Shown here one piece after another: positions 38,919 to 48,125 of a stretch of 64,000 nucleotides of DNA. The stretch is from Acidobacteriota bacterium (lineage in GTDB: Bacteria > Acidobacteriota > Terriglobia > Bryobacterales > Bryobacteraceae). Location: the NCBI GenBank assembly GCA_016185425.1, contig JACPNQ010000035.1, forward strand, positions 1 through 64,000, in the 5' to 3' direction. The first letter of the stretch is position 1; every line of letters starts with the position of its first letter. The position numbers and the translations under genes are program-made. Under the pieces are notes generated by a model. That model was not told where the DNA came from, did not search any database, and was given only the letters and a program-made list of their open reading frames with translations.

Positions 38919-39995
38919 TTAATGCGCTTCGGCCGGGGGGGGCGGGGGCGGCCCTCGCAGGACGAAGCGCGGAGGCGGTGGCGGAGGAGGGGGCGGCGGC
39001 GCCCAAGTCCACCTCCCGCCCATCCGGTTAACCGGCGCCGGCCGCGGCGCGAAGTCGACATACAACGCCCGCCACGGTAAAGCCGCGCTCAAAGCAATCA
39101 CGATAAATACTGCCGCCATCGAGCGCGTCAAGGCGGCTTGCGTTGTCACTGCATTGACCGGTGATAGGACACTCCGCACTCGCGCCTCCAGAGTGTTACC
39201 GTCCAGTACGGTCATCGCGTGACGCGGCACCGCCGTGCCGATGGCTTCACGTGCGAACCCGAGTAGATCGCCTGCGTATTCCACTGCGGGCCGCAGACGT
39301 TTCACGACCAGTTCGTCACACGCTCGCTCCCGCTCCAGAGCCGCGTGCCACTTCATCCAGGAAACCGCCGGATGAAACGCCACGGCCGCCGAGATGGCTT
39401 CGAGTAGCAGATTCCAGGCGTAATCGGCGCGTTCAATATGGGCCAGTTCGTGGCCGGCGACACTCGCCAACCCCGGAACTTCCTCGGGGCCGAAGTAGCG
39501 TTCCGGTAACACCAGCACCGGCCGGGGCCAGCCAGCCGTGTAGGCGGCGCCGGATGTGCCGGCGATTATCGTGGCGGGAGGACCCGCGAAGCGAGCGGAG
39601 CACTCGACCATCGTCCGCCAAGCCCACGGCGCGAACTCCCGGCGTGCGCCCTGACGTTGCAGCCGGATCACGCCGCGCCAGCCGGAGAGCAGTCCGGCGA
39701 GCTGCCAAGCCACCCGTATCGCGGCGTACCCGGCAACCACAGTCCACATCCATGCCGCACGACCCTCGCTGCCATCCGCAATGGCAACGGCGCCCTGTCC
39801 TGTGACAACTAAACCGGTGCTGCACAGCGGTAGCAGCGCCGTTGCGAGGATTGCGATCCGCCAAATCCAGCACGTGACCGCGGCTCCGGCACGGCGCAGC
39901 CACTGCGCCGTCAACCACGCCAGCGCAGCCAACAAGGCCCCGAGCCACCAGGCGTTCAAGACATAACTGAGCAGCATCTCGCCCCAGACGTTCAT
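38919..39995 (-). CDS. blaR1: BlaR1/MecR1-like M56 peptidase signal transducer with a Pro-rich C-terminus
   Basis: 4 TM plus HELAHIERAD (HExxH zinc motif of M56). ATGA overlap with blaI. The C-terminus is PPPPPPPPPPPRFVLRGPPPPPP rather than a penicillin-binding sensor domain. Confidence 0.85.
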   Translation of the reverse strand: MNVWGEMLLSYVLNAWWLGALLAALAWLTAQWLRRAGAAVTCWIWRIAILATALLPLCSTGLVVTGQGAVAIADGSEGRAAWMWTVVAGYAAIRVAWQLAGLLSGWRGVIRLQRQGARREFAPWAWRTMVECSARFAGPPATIIAGTSGAAYTAGWPRPVLVLPERYFGPEEVPGLASVAGHELAHIERADYAWNLLLEAISAAVAFHPAVSWMKWHAALERERACDELVVKRLRPAVEYAGDLLGFAREAIGTAVPRHAMTVLDGNTLEARVRSVLSPVNAVTTQAALTRSMAAVFIVIALSAALPWRALYVDFAPRPAPVNRMGGRWTWAPPPPPPPPPPRFVLRGPPPPPPAEAH

Positions 39996-40384
39996 GATCC
40001 GCTCCTCTCGCGTTTGCTGCGGACAAGCTCTTCCAGCTCCGCCAGTTTCTCCTTCGATAGGTTTCGCGACTCGAGGAGACTCATCACAAGCGATTCCTCC
40101 GAGCCGCCGAAGAACCGTTCGATGAGGTCATCCAGCGTGCGCCCCACCATGCTCTCCCGCGTAACCCTCGCCGAGTAGATGTGCGCGCGGTCTTTCTTCG
40201 TGCGTTTCGACTTGCCCTTGCGCTCCAGCACATTGAGCATGGTCTGCACGCTGGTGTATGCCAGCGGTCGGCCCGGCTCCAAGGCCTCCTGCACCTGTTG
40301 CACGGTGGAAGGACCGTTTTGCCAGAGGATTTTCATGATTTCTAGCTCGAGCGGGGTGAGCGATTCGCTGGGTCGACGTGCCAT
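39992..40384 (-). CDS. blaI: BlaI/MecI/CopY-family transcriptional repressor
   Basis: LTPLELEIMKILWQNGPSTVQQVQEAL winged helix and family length. Confidence 0.9.
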   Translation of the reverse strand: MARRPSESLTPLELEIMKILWQNGPSTVQQVQEALEPGRPLAYTSVQTMLNVLERKGKSKRTKKDRAHIYSARVTRESMVGRTLDDLIERFFGGSEESLVMSLLESRNLSKEKLAELEELVRSKRERSGS

Positions 40385-40471
40385 GTCCTAAACAATTCGG
40401 AGTATGCGCTGATTTCACGCCAGCGTCAACTAATTTTTTAGGAGCTCGAAGTCAGTGCATAATAGCGTTAC

Positions 40472-43400
40472 ATGCGCGTTACAGTTTTGTTACTGCTTCT
40501 AGGGGCGATTTCGCTACTCGCCCAGAATCCTGTGGTATCTGGCCGAATCACCGACTCCTCGGGAGCCGTCATACCGGGTGCTCGCGTTCAACTCACGAAC
40601 AGTGCCACGGCTATCGCAGCGTCAGCCGAGACCAATGGCGACGGCTATTACGTACTCCCGCCTGTGCAGCCCGGCCCATATAACATCACCGCTTCGGCTA
40701 CCGGCTTCAAAGAGGCTCGCATCGACGGTTTCCGGCTGGAGATCGGCCAATCGCGCTCGGTGAATCTGCAACTGTCGCCCGGCGAGGTTCGGGAGGCGAT
40801 TACGATCACGGACGCCGCACCTCTCATCACCGCCAACCGTGCCGACCGCGGGTCTGTCGTAGAGAACAAGTTCCTGATGTCGATTCCGCTAAACGTACGC
40901 AACCCCTATCTGCTACTCGCAAACGTTCCGGGTGTCACCATGGGGCGCCTGGCGGGCGACAACACGGCCAGCCAATCGACGACCAATAATTTTCGCATCA
41001 ACGGAGGCCGCGGTTCGACGAGCGAAATACTCATCGATGGCGCCGCGAATACCGGCACCTACAACAACCAGGTGTCAGCCATGCCGCAGCTCGACTCGGT
41101 GCAGGAGTTCAAGGTCAACACCTCGCCGTATGCGGCCGAATTCGGCCGGACTGGCGGCGGCGTGGTGAGCTTCTCCATCAAGTCCGGCACCAACACGCTG
41201 CACGGCACGTTTCACGAGTTTTTACGCAACAGCGTGCTCGACGCCGCAGGCTTCAACTCGAATCGCGCGGGACTGACCACGAAACCGACTTTTCAACGCA
41301 ATCAATTCGGTTTCACTTCCGGCGGGCCGGTATTGATTCCGAAACTCTATAGCGGCAAAAACCGGACTTTCTGGTTCGCTTCCTACGAAGGCCTGCGCCA
41401 GCGCAGCTTGAATCCTTACACGGGCACGGTTCCGGCAACTGCCGAGCGAAACGGCGACTTCTCGCGCACTCTGGACACCAATGGCGCGCCATTCATCATC
41501 TACGATCCGCGTACCACCCGGCTGGATCCGGACCGGCCGGCCGGCACGACCCGCTATATTCGCAGCGTCTTTCCGGGTAACGCGATCCCCGCGAGCCTGA
41601 TTCATCCTGTCGCTTCGAAGCTGCTGCCGTATTATCCGGCGGCGACCCAGCGCGGGCTGGGCCAGAGCGATATCAACAACTACTTTGTGGCAGCCGCAAA
41701 CGCACTCGATGGGAACCGCGTGGATGCTCGCGTGGATCACCAGATCTCGGCGAAACACAGTTTCTTCGCCCGGTACAATTGGTTCCAGAACATCAACGCG
41801 CAGCCGTTGGTGTTTGGCCATATCGCTTCGCCAGTGGAGACGCCGAACCGCATCCCTGGCATCAACTGGGTGGGAAATCACACATGGTCGATCGGACCTG
41901 GCGCCATCTTCCAACAGCATTTCTCGCTAGCGCAGAGTGAAACGAACCGGACGCCGCTGAGCCTGGATTTCGACCAGAAGTCGCTCGGACTGCCGGCGAA
42001 TGTAGTGGACCCGCAGCGCGTGAAGTATTTCCCGGTCTACAGCATCGGCGGATTGACGCAGGTGGGTGTCACGGGCACGGGCTATAACGCGGTGAAGTCG
42101 CGCACGTGGCAGTACAACGGCTCGCTGACACTGCTGCGCGGCCGCCACACGTTCAAGATGGGCGGTGATTGGCGGCGTTTCCCGGTGACGATCGATCAAT
42201 CGTCGCCGTTGAGCATTAGCGCCAGCGGATCGTTTACCGCGGGGCCGAATCCCCAGTCGGCGGCGGCACGGACTGGGCGTGGATTGGCCGATCTGATGCT
42301 GGGCATTGCGCAGGTACGTTACACGCTGCGTCCGCTCGAATCGCACGTTCATCCCTACTATGCCTTCTACTTCCAGGATGAGTGGAAATTGAGGCCGAAT
42401 GTCACGCTGACCGTTGGCATGCGCTATTCGCTGGAACTCCCGCGGACAGAGGCGAATAATCAGTACGTCTTCCTGGATCTGAGCTCATCGAGCCCGTTGG
42501 AGGGAAAGGTTCCCGGCGTGACCGGGCTGCGCGGAGGTGTTGGCTTTGCCGGCGCCAACGGCAATCGCACGCAGATTGCGGACCGGAAGAACTGGGATCC
42601 CCGCATAGGCTTGGCGTGGGAGTGGAATCCGAAGACGGTGATTCGCACCGGTTTCGGTATCTTTACGTCCTCGATTGCGCCAAATACCGATTCTTCCCTC
42701 GGGTTCCAGCAGACCACTTCGTCGCTCGTTTCTGAAGCCGATGGAGTGACGCCTTTGTACAACCTGTCCAACCCATTGCCAGGCGGTTTCCTGCCGGCGA
42801 CGGGCAACTCGCTGGGACTTTCGACAAATTTGGGCCAGGGTGTAAGCGGTCCTGTTCGCCAACAACGCCTGCCGTATCAGGCGCAATGGTCATTCGACGT
42901 GCAGCGGCAATTACCCTGGAAGACGGTTATCGAAGCCGGTTATGCCGGGTCGTCGGGTATCGCGCTTCCGGCGGGAGTGCAGTACAACCAGATTCCGGAT
43001 TCCGCGCTCGCTCTTGGCACACAGTTGAACGCGACAGTCAACAATCCGTTCTTCGGGATCATAACGGACTCCACGTCAACTCTGTCGCGGCCGACGATTC
43101 AACGCGGACAGTTGCTGCGGCCGTATCCTCAATTCACAGGTATGTCGGCGAGCCAGGCGCCCGTCGGCCACTCGACCTACCATGGCCTCCAGACTCGCGT
43201 GGAACGGCGGTTTGATGCGGGGCTGGCGTTGCTCTTTGCCTATACGCACTCGAAGTTGATCGACAACGTCGGCGACTTCGGCACATTCCTCGGACCGGCG
43301 GGATTCAACAACAGCAACTGCTTCTCCTGCGACCGGTCGGTGTCTTTCTACGACATTCCGGACGTGCTGCGGTTGAGCTTGCGGTATGAGCTGCCGTTCG

Positions 43401-43903
43401 GCGTGGGCAAGCCGCGAATGAACCGTGGGCCGATGGCGCGGATTGCCGGCGGCTGGTCTACGGGCGTGTATTTCACGTGGGATAACGGAACGCCTGTGCA
43501 GGTGACAGGGCCGAACGATTCGAATTCGTTCGGCGGCAGCCAGCGTCCGAATGCGACCGGGCAGCCGGCCGTGATCGCCAACAAGGAGATGGTGGACGGC
43601 GGGCTGTATTTCAATCCCGCCGCGTTCGTCCGCGCACCTCAATTCACATTCGGGAACGCAAGCCGGAACCTCTCGGATGTGCGGATACCGGGGACGAAGA
43701 ACTGGGATCTGCTCATTGAAAAGCGCATTTCGTTTACCGAGCGGATGGCGCTGGACTTCCGGACGGAGCTGTTCAACGCGTTCAACAACGTGGTGTTCGC
43801 CGGGCCGCAGACGAATGTGACTTCGGCGGATTTTGGAAGAATCCGGCTGTCGCAGGCGAATGTGCCCCGGCAGATTCAGTTTGGGTTGCGGTTTTCGTAC
43901 TAG
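40472..43903 (+). CDS. TonB-dependent outer-membrane receptor with an N-terminal carboxypeptidase-regulatory-like domain (Oar-like)
   Basis: Signal peptide. CarboxypepD_reg (VSGRITDSSGAVIPGARVQL), plug, long barrel, C-terminal aromatic (FGLRFSY). 1143 aa. Confidence 0.85.
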   Translation: MRVTVLLLLLGAISLLAQNPVVSGRITDSSGAVIPGARVQLTNSATAIAASAETNGDGYYVLPPVQPGPYNITASATGFKEARIDGFRLEIGQSRSVNLQLSPGEVREAITITDAAPLITANRADRGSVVENKFLMSIPLNVRNPYLLLANVPGVTMGRLAGDNTASQSTTNNFRINGGRGSTSEILIDGAANTGTYNNQVSAMPQLDSVQEFKVNTSPYAAEFGRTGGGVVSFSIKSGTNTLHGTFHEFLRNSVLDAAGFNSNRAGLTTKPTFQRNQFGFTSGGPVLIPKLYSGKNRTFWFASYEGLRQRSLNPYTGTVPATAERNGDFSRTLDTNGAPFIIYDPRTTRLDPDRPAGTTRYIRSVFPGNAIPASLIHPVASKLLPYYPAATQRGLGQSDINNYFVAAANALDGNRVDARVDHQISAKHSFFARYNWFQNINAQPLVFGHIASPVETPNRIPGINWVGNHTWSIGPGAIFQQHFSLAQSETNRTPLSLDFDQKSLGLPANVVDPQRVKYFPVYSIGGLTQVGVTGTGYNAVKSRTWQYNGSLTLLRGRHTFKMGGDWRRFPVTIDQSSPLSISASGSFTAGPNPQSAAARTGRGLADLMLGIAQVRYTLRPLESHVHPYYAFYFQDEWKLRPNVTLTVGMRYSLELPRTEANNQYVFLDLSSSSPLEGKVPGVTGLRGGVGFAGANGNRTQIADRKNWDPRIGLAWEWNPKTVIRTGFGIFTSSIAPNTDSSLGFQQTTSSLVSEADGVTPLYNLSNPLPGGFLPATGNSLGLSTNLGQGVSGPVRQQRLPYQAQWSFDVQRQLPWKTVIEAGYAGSSGIALPAGVQYNQIPDSALALGTQLNATVNNPFFGIITDSTSTLSRPTIQRGQLLRPYPQFTGMSASQAPVGHSTYHGLQTRVERRFDAGLALLFAYTHSKLIDNVGDFGTFLGPAGFNNSNCFSCDRSVSFYDIPDVLRLSLRYELPFGVGKPRMNRGPMARIAGGWSTGVYFTWDNGTPVQVTGPNDSNSFGGSQRPNATGQPAVIANKEMVDGGLYFNPAAFVRAPQFTFGNASRNLSDVRIPGTKNWDLLIEKRISFTERMALDFRTELFNAFNNVVFAGPQTNVTSADFGRIRLSQANVPRQIQFGLRFSY

Positions 43904-43907
43904 CGGA

Positions 43908-44240
43908 TCATTCGGTGGCCGGATGCGGGCTGAACAGTATGATGGACATTCCGGTGAGACAAACAATCCCTCCGAGAATGTCCCACCTGTCCGGGCGAAT
44001 CCCTTCGATCACCCATAGCCAAAGGAGAGAGGCGACGATATAAACGCCGCCATAGGCGGCGTACGCCCGTCCCGCGGCGGCGGCTTCCGCCTGGGTGAGC
44101 GCTGAAGCAAAGATGGACAACGACACCAGGCCGGGCAACACCCACAGGCTGCTGCGGCCAAGCCGGAGCCATGCCCAAAACGCAAAACAGCCGCCGATCT
44201 CGCAAAACGCCGCAATCGCATACCAATAGATCGAATTCAT
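43908..44240 (-). CDS. ynfA: YnfA/UPF0060-family small membrane protein
   Basis: ATG at 44240 gives [24 protein letters not shown], the typical UPF0060 N-terminus. ATGA overlap with merR. Confidence 0.8.
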   Translation of the reverse strand: MNSIYWYAIAAFCEIGGCFAFWAWLRLGRSSLWVLPGLVSLSIFASALTQAEAAAAGRAYAAYGGVYIVASLLWLWVIEGIRPDRWDILGGIVCLTGMSIILFSPHPATE

Positions 44241-44629
44241 GTAGCCATCTCCATCGCTCTCTCTGCCATTCGCCCGCACTCGGCAAGTTCGCAGCATTGA
44301 CACTGCAGTACCCGCTCGACGACGTGCTGCATGGCACGCAGCTTCGCGATCTGGGCCTCGAGATCATCCCTTTTCCTGTTCGCAAGCTGCCGCCAACGCT
44401 CGGATGCCGGAACCCTTGGCGGGAATCCTCGGACTAACTCGCGAATCTCATCCAGACGGAAGCCGCAAGCTTGCGCGAGCCTAACCACGCTGAGCAGGTG
44501 GACGGCATCTGGTTTGTAGACGCGCTTGCCGCCTATGCGGGACGGCAGCGGCAAGATCCCAATTTGTTCGTAATACCGAATGGTCGAAGCCGGCAGGCCG
44601 CCCTTCGCGGCGAGTTCACCAATTGTCAT
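44237..44629 (-). CDS. MerR-family transcriptional regulator with a C-terminal Cys cluster (CxCCx4C)
   Basis: [29 protein letters not shown] and a coiled-coil, then [10 protein letters not shown]. Confidence 0.9.
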   Translation of the reverse strand: MTIGELAAKGGLPASTIRYYEQIGILPLPSRIGGKRVYKPDAVHLLSVVRLAQACGFRLDEIRELVRGFPPRVPASERWRQLANRKRDDLEAQIAKLRAMQHVVERVLQCQCCELAECGRMAERAMEMAT

Positions 44630-44648
44630 AAGAAACTCAATTCAAGGC

Positions 44649-44679
44649 TTGACTTAAAGTTGACTTTAAGTCGTAGTCT
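44649..44679 (+). promoter_or_regulatory. MerR-type promoter: TTGACT -35, 19-bp spacer containing a perfect dyad ACTTAAAGT-TG-ACTTTAAGT, then a TAGTCT -10 candidate
   Basis: Read directly from the sequence. Dyad spans 44652-44671. 19-bp spacing is the MerR-family hallmark. Lies between merR (minus) and the 44686 gene (plus). Confidence 0.5.
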
Positions 44680-44685
44680 CTCGAT

Positions 44686-45066
44686 ATGAGGATATCAACC
44701 GCCCTTCTTGTGCCCTTGTTTCTTTGCGCCCTCGCGGGCCAATCGACGGAGTCAACGCCCCTTGCCTGCAACAGCAATGGCGTACCGAAAGCACAACGTC
44801 AACACCACCGGGATCTGACCATTCGGCTTCGAGCAAGCGTCCGAGAGAAATCGGCGCTTGCGGACGGCTACCGCATTCGCATCGACGGAACATCGTTCGG
44901 ACTTTCCACCGCGGCGGAATGGATCACCATGGAGCGGTTATGTTGCCCCTTCCTCAATTTTCAATTGGAAGTAAACGGTAAGCATAAGGATTGGTGGCTT
45001 TCGCTGACCGGGCCGGAAGGCGTTAAGGATTTTCTGGATGCTGAGTTTGCGCTGTCTGCGCGGTGA
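44686..45066 (+). CDS. Small secreted hypothetical protein, a likely MerR-regulated target
   Basis: Signal peptide MRISTALLVPLFLCALAG. The ATG lies about 7 nt after the -10 candidate, so the transcript may be leaderless. Confidence 0.4.
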   Translation: MRISTALLVPLFLCALAGQSTESTPLACNSNGVPKAQRQHHRDLTIRLRASVREKSALADGYRIRIDGTSFGLSTAAEWITMERLCCPFLNFQLEVNGKHKDWWLSLTGPEGVKDFLDAEFALSAR

Positions 45067-45110
45067 TCCGCCGAACTGGAACCGCGGCCGCCTAGTATTC
45101 TGGTAAGGCG

Positions 45111-45908
45111 TTGCCTAACCCAACCGTTCACGATTTTCTCCGGTCGAAAACGGGTGGCCGGAAGATTTCGATGGCCACTTGTTATGACTTCACTTTTGCT
45201 CGCCTGGTAGCGATGAGTCCGATTGACGCGATCCTTGTCGGCGATAGCGCCGCGATGGTCGTTCATGGATTCGAGACCACTCTGTCGGCGACCGTCGAGA
45301 TGATGCAGACACACACCGCCGCCGTAGCACGCGGCGCGCGGGGCAAGCTCATTGTCGCCGATATGCCTTTTCTGAGTTTCCGCAAAGGCATCCCGGCGGC
45401 GATGGAGGCTGCCCAGTCGCTGATGACGGCGGGTGCGCATGCGGTCAAACTGGAGGGCGTTACCGGGCATGAGGACGTCGTCCAGCACCTCGTACAGAGC
45501 GGCATCCCGGTGATGGGCCATGTCGGCTTACAGCCGCAATCGGTGAAGGCGTATGGCGGCTATCAGCCTCGCGGGCGGCAAGGTGTCGAAGCGGCGGACA
45601 TCGCGCGGCAGGCGCGGCGCCTGGAAGAGCTTGGGGTGTTCGCCGTGGTGTTGGAGTGCATCCCCGCCGTGCTTGCAAAGAAGATCACGCGTTCGCTGCG
45701 AATTCCGACAATTGGCATTGGTGCGGGCGCCAATTGCGATGGGCAGATTCTGGTGCTTCAGGACATGCTGGGGCTGAACACGTCGTTTCATCCGCGTTTT
45801 GCGCGGACGTTTTTGAAGGCCGAATCGACAGTTGTAGAGGCGCTGGCGGCATACGATTCGGCCGTGAAGGCCGGCACGTTTCCGGCCGAAGACGAGAGCT
45901 ATCACTAG
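45111..45908 (+). CDS. panB: 3-methyl-2-oxobutanoate hydroxymethyltransferase
   Basis: ATCYDFTFARL...LVGDS...KLEGG...IGIGAG. TTG start. Confidence 0.9.
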   Translation: MPNPTVHDFLRSKTGGRKISMATCYDFTFARLVAMSPIDAILVGDSAAMVVHGFETTLSATVEMMQTHTAAVARGARGKLIVADMPFLSFRKGIPAAMEAAQSLMTAGAHAVKLEGVTGHEDVVQHLVQSGIPVMGHVGLQPQSVKAYGGYQPRGRQGVEAADIARQARRLEELGVFAVVLECIPAVLAKKITRSLRIPTIGIGAGANCDGQILVLQDMLGLNTSFHPRFARTFLKAESTVVEALAAYDSAVKAGTFPAEDESYH

Positions 45909-46667
45909 ATGCACGTCTCGAAGACGGTAAGTGAATGGCTGGAGCGCCGGAAGGCGCTGCAAGGCAAATCGATCGGATTCGTGCCGACGATGGGCGCATT
46001 GCATCGCGGCCACGCGTCGCTCGTGGAACGCAGTTGTGCCGAGAATGCCGTGACCGTCGTTAGCATCTTCGTCAACCCGCTGCAGTTCAACGATCCCAAC
46101 GACCTCAAACGCTATCCGCGGCCGATCGAGACGGATCTGGCCATGCTCGGCGACCTCGGTACGGACGAAGTGCTGCTCCCCGGCCCCGAAGAACTGTATC
46201 CGAACGGTTATCCCTTCCTGGTCACCGCTGACGCCTTGACCTCGCTGATGGAGGGGCGGCACCGGCCAGGCCATTTCAACGGCGTGATGACGGTAGTGTT
46301 GAAGCTGTTAAATCTGGCGCGCGCAGACCGGGCATACTTCGGTGAGAAGGATTATCAACAGCTTCGAATTATTGCCGGGATGGCGGCGGACTTGTTTGTG
46401 CCGACCGCGATCGTGCCCTGTGCGACGATACGGGCGGAGAATGGACTGGCGTTGAGCAGCCGCAATGCGCTGTTGAGCGACGCTGGACGTGCGAAAGCTG
46501 CCACGATCCATCGCGTGTTGACTCAGTGCGCGACAGCGGCTGATGCGCAAGCGGCACTGGAGGGGGAAGGCTTAATCGTTGACTACGTGGAAGAGCATTG
46601 GGGACGCCGGTTTGCAGCGGCTTTTCTGGAAGGTGTGCGGTTGATCGACAACGTCGCGGTACCATGA
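45909..46667 (+). CDS. panC: Pantoate--beta-alanine ligase
   Basis: GFVPTMGALHRGH HIGH motif and the family body. Directly follows panB. Confidence 0.9.
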   Translation: MHVSKTVSEWLERRKALQGKSIGFVPTMGALHRGHASLVERSCAENAVTVVSIFVNPLQFNDPNDLKRYPRPIETDLAMLGDLGTDEVLLPGPEELYPNGYPFLVTADALTSLMEGRHRPGHFNGVMTVVLKLLNLARADRAYFGEKDYQQLRIIAGMAADLFVPTAIVPCATIRAENGLALSSRNALLSDAGRAKAATIHRVLTQCATAADAQAALEGEGLIVDYVEEHWGRRFAAAFLEGVRLIDNVAVP

Positions 46668-46682
46668 AAAGTTACCGTCATC

Positions 46683-48125
46683 ATGGCTGAATCACCTATC
46701 ACCCCCCGCGAAAAAGATTTCGCTACTTGGTATCAGGACGTTGTCATTCAAGGCGATATGGCCGAGCCGGCCGAGATCGTAAAAGGGTGCATGGCCATCA
46801 AGCCGAACGGCTACGCCGTGTGGGAAGTGCTGCAGTACGAGCTCGACCAGCGGTTTAAGGCCACCGGCCACCAGAATGTCTATCTGCCGCTGTTGATTCC
46901 TGAGAGCTTTCTAAAAAAAGAAGCGGAACACGTGGAAGGGTTCTCGCCCGAACTCGCCGTGGTGACCATCGCGGGCGGGAAGAAATTGGAAGAACCGTAC
47001 GTCATCCGCCCCACTTCGGAAACCATTGTCGGCCACTTCTTCGGCAAATGGATACAGAGCCACCGCGACCTGCCGATGTTGATCAATCAGTGGGCCAACG
47101 TCCTGCGGTGGGAACTGCGGACGCGTTTGTTCCTCCGCACGACGGAGTTCTTGTGGCAGGAGGGACACACGGCGCACTCGACGCATGAAGAGGCGTTGGA
47201 GGAAGTGGTCCGCATGCTCGACGTCTACGCCGAAGTGGCGGAAGACGTGATGGCGATGCCAGTGGTGAGGGGCGTGAAGACTCACGCGGAGAAGTTCGCC
47301 GGCGCGCTGCGTTCTTACTCCATCGAGGCGATGATGCAAAACGGCCTGGCGTTACAGGCCGGCACCAGCCACGACCTCGGGCAGAATTTCGGCAAGGCGT
47401 TTGATGTGCAGTTCCAGAGCAAAGAAGGCAAGCTCGACTATGTGTGGCAAACGAGCTGGGGTGTGTCGACGCGGTTGATCGGCGGATTGATCATGACGCA
47501 TTCCGATGATAAGGGCCTTGTGCTGCCGCCGAAAGTAGCGCCGCGCAAAGTGGTGATAGTGCCGATCTTCCGCAAGGAAGAAGAGAAGGCCGCGGTTATG
47601 GAGAATGCGTCGAAGCTCGCCAAGGAAGTGGGCGCGTTCATCGACACGCGGGACGGCCACACACCGGGCGCGAAGTTCTTCCATTGGGAGCGGCGCGGCG
47701 TGCCGGTGGTGCTGGAACTTGGACCCCGCGATGTGGCCGCCGGAAGTGTTGTCATCAAGCGGCGCGATACAGGGGCAAAGGAAGTGATTCCGCAGACCTC
47801 ACTCGGCGGGAAAGTCGCCGAAACGCTCGATGCGATGCAGCGCGACCTCTACGCCAGGGCCAAGCAGCGGTTGAAGGACAACACGGTGACGGCGAACTCG
47901 ATCGAAGAGGTACGTGCGATTCTCGATGACGTAACCGCGGAAAAGGGCGGCGGCAAGTTTGTGATGGCGCACTTGAAGAATGACCCGGCGAACGACGCGC
48001 GTATCAAGGAGTTCCGCGCTAGTATCCGAAACATTCCGCTGGTCGATGAGTACGACGGCCCGGGCAAGTGTATCCTGACGGGCGAAGAAGTGCCGCAGCG
48101 AGTGGTGATCGCTAAAGCGTACTAG
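46683..48125 (+). CDS. proS: Proline--tRNA ligase (archaeal/eukaryote-like type without the editing insertion)
   Basis: 480 aa. Class II motifs ([41 protein letters not shown]). Confidence 0.95.
   Translation: MAESPITPREKDFATWYQDVVIQGDMAEPAEIVKGCMAIKPNGYAVWEVLQYELDQRFKATGHQNVYLPLLIPESFLKKEAEHVEGFSPELAVVTIAGGKKLEEPYVIRPTSETIVGHFFGKWIQSHRDLPMLINQWANVLRWELRTRLFLRTTEFLWQEGHTAHSTHEEALEEVVRMLDVYAEVAEDVMAMPVVRGVKTHAEKFAGALRSYSIEAMMQNGLALQAGTSHDLGQNFGKAFDVQFQSKEGKLDYVWQTSWGVSTRLIGGLIMTHSDDKGLVLPPKVAPRKVVIVPIFRKEEEKAAVMENASKLAKEVGAFIDTRDGHTPGAKFFHWERRGVPVVLELGPRDVAAGSVVIKRRDTGAKEVIPQTSLGGKVAETLDAMQRDLYARAKQRLKDNTVTANSIEEVRAILDDVTAEKGGGKFVMAHLKNDPANDARIKEFRASIRNIPLVDEYDGPGKCILTGEEVPQRVVIAKAY

Noticed and set aside
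38011-39000. G-rich repeated tracts considered as a CRISPR array or mobile-element repeats
   Set aside because: They are coding (poly-Pro) low-complexity runs. There are no regular spacer-repeat units and no cas or transposase genes anywhere in the window.
43900-44385. 161-aa ORF overlapping ynfA and merR on another frame
   Set aside because: ynfA and merR have strong family signatures and an ATGA-coupled arrangement. The overlapping ORF is Arg/Gly-rich noise.
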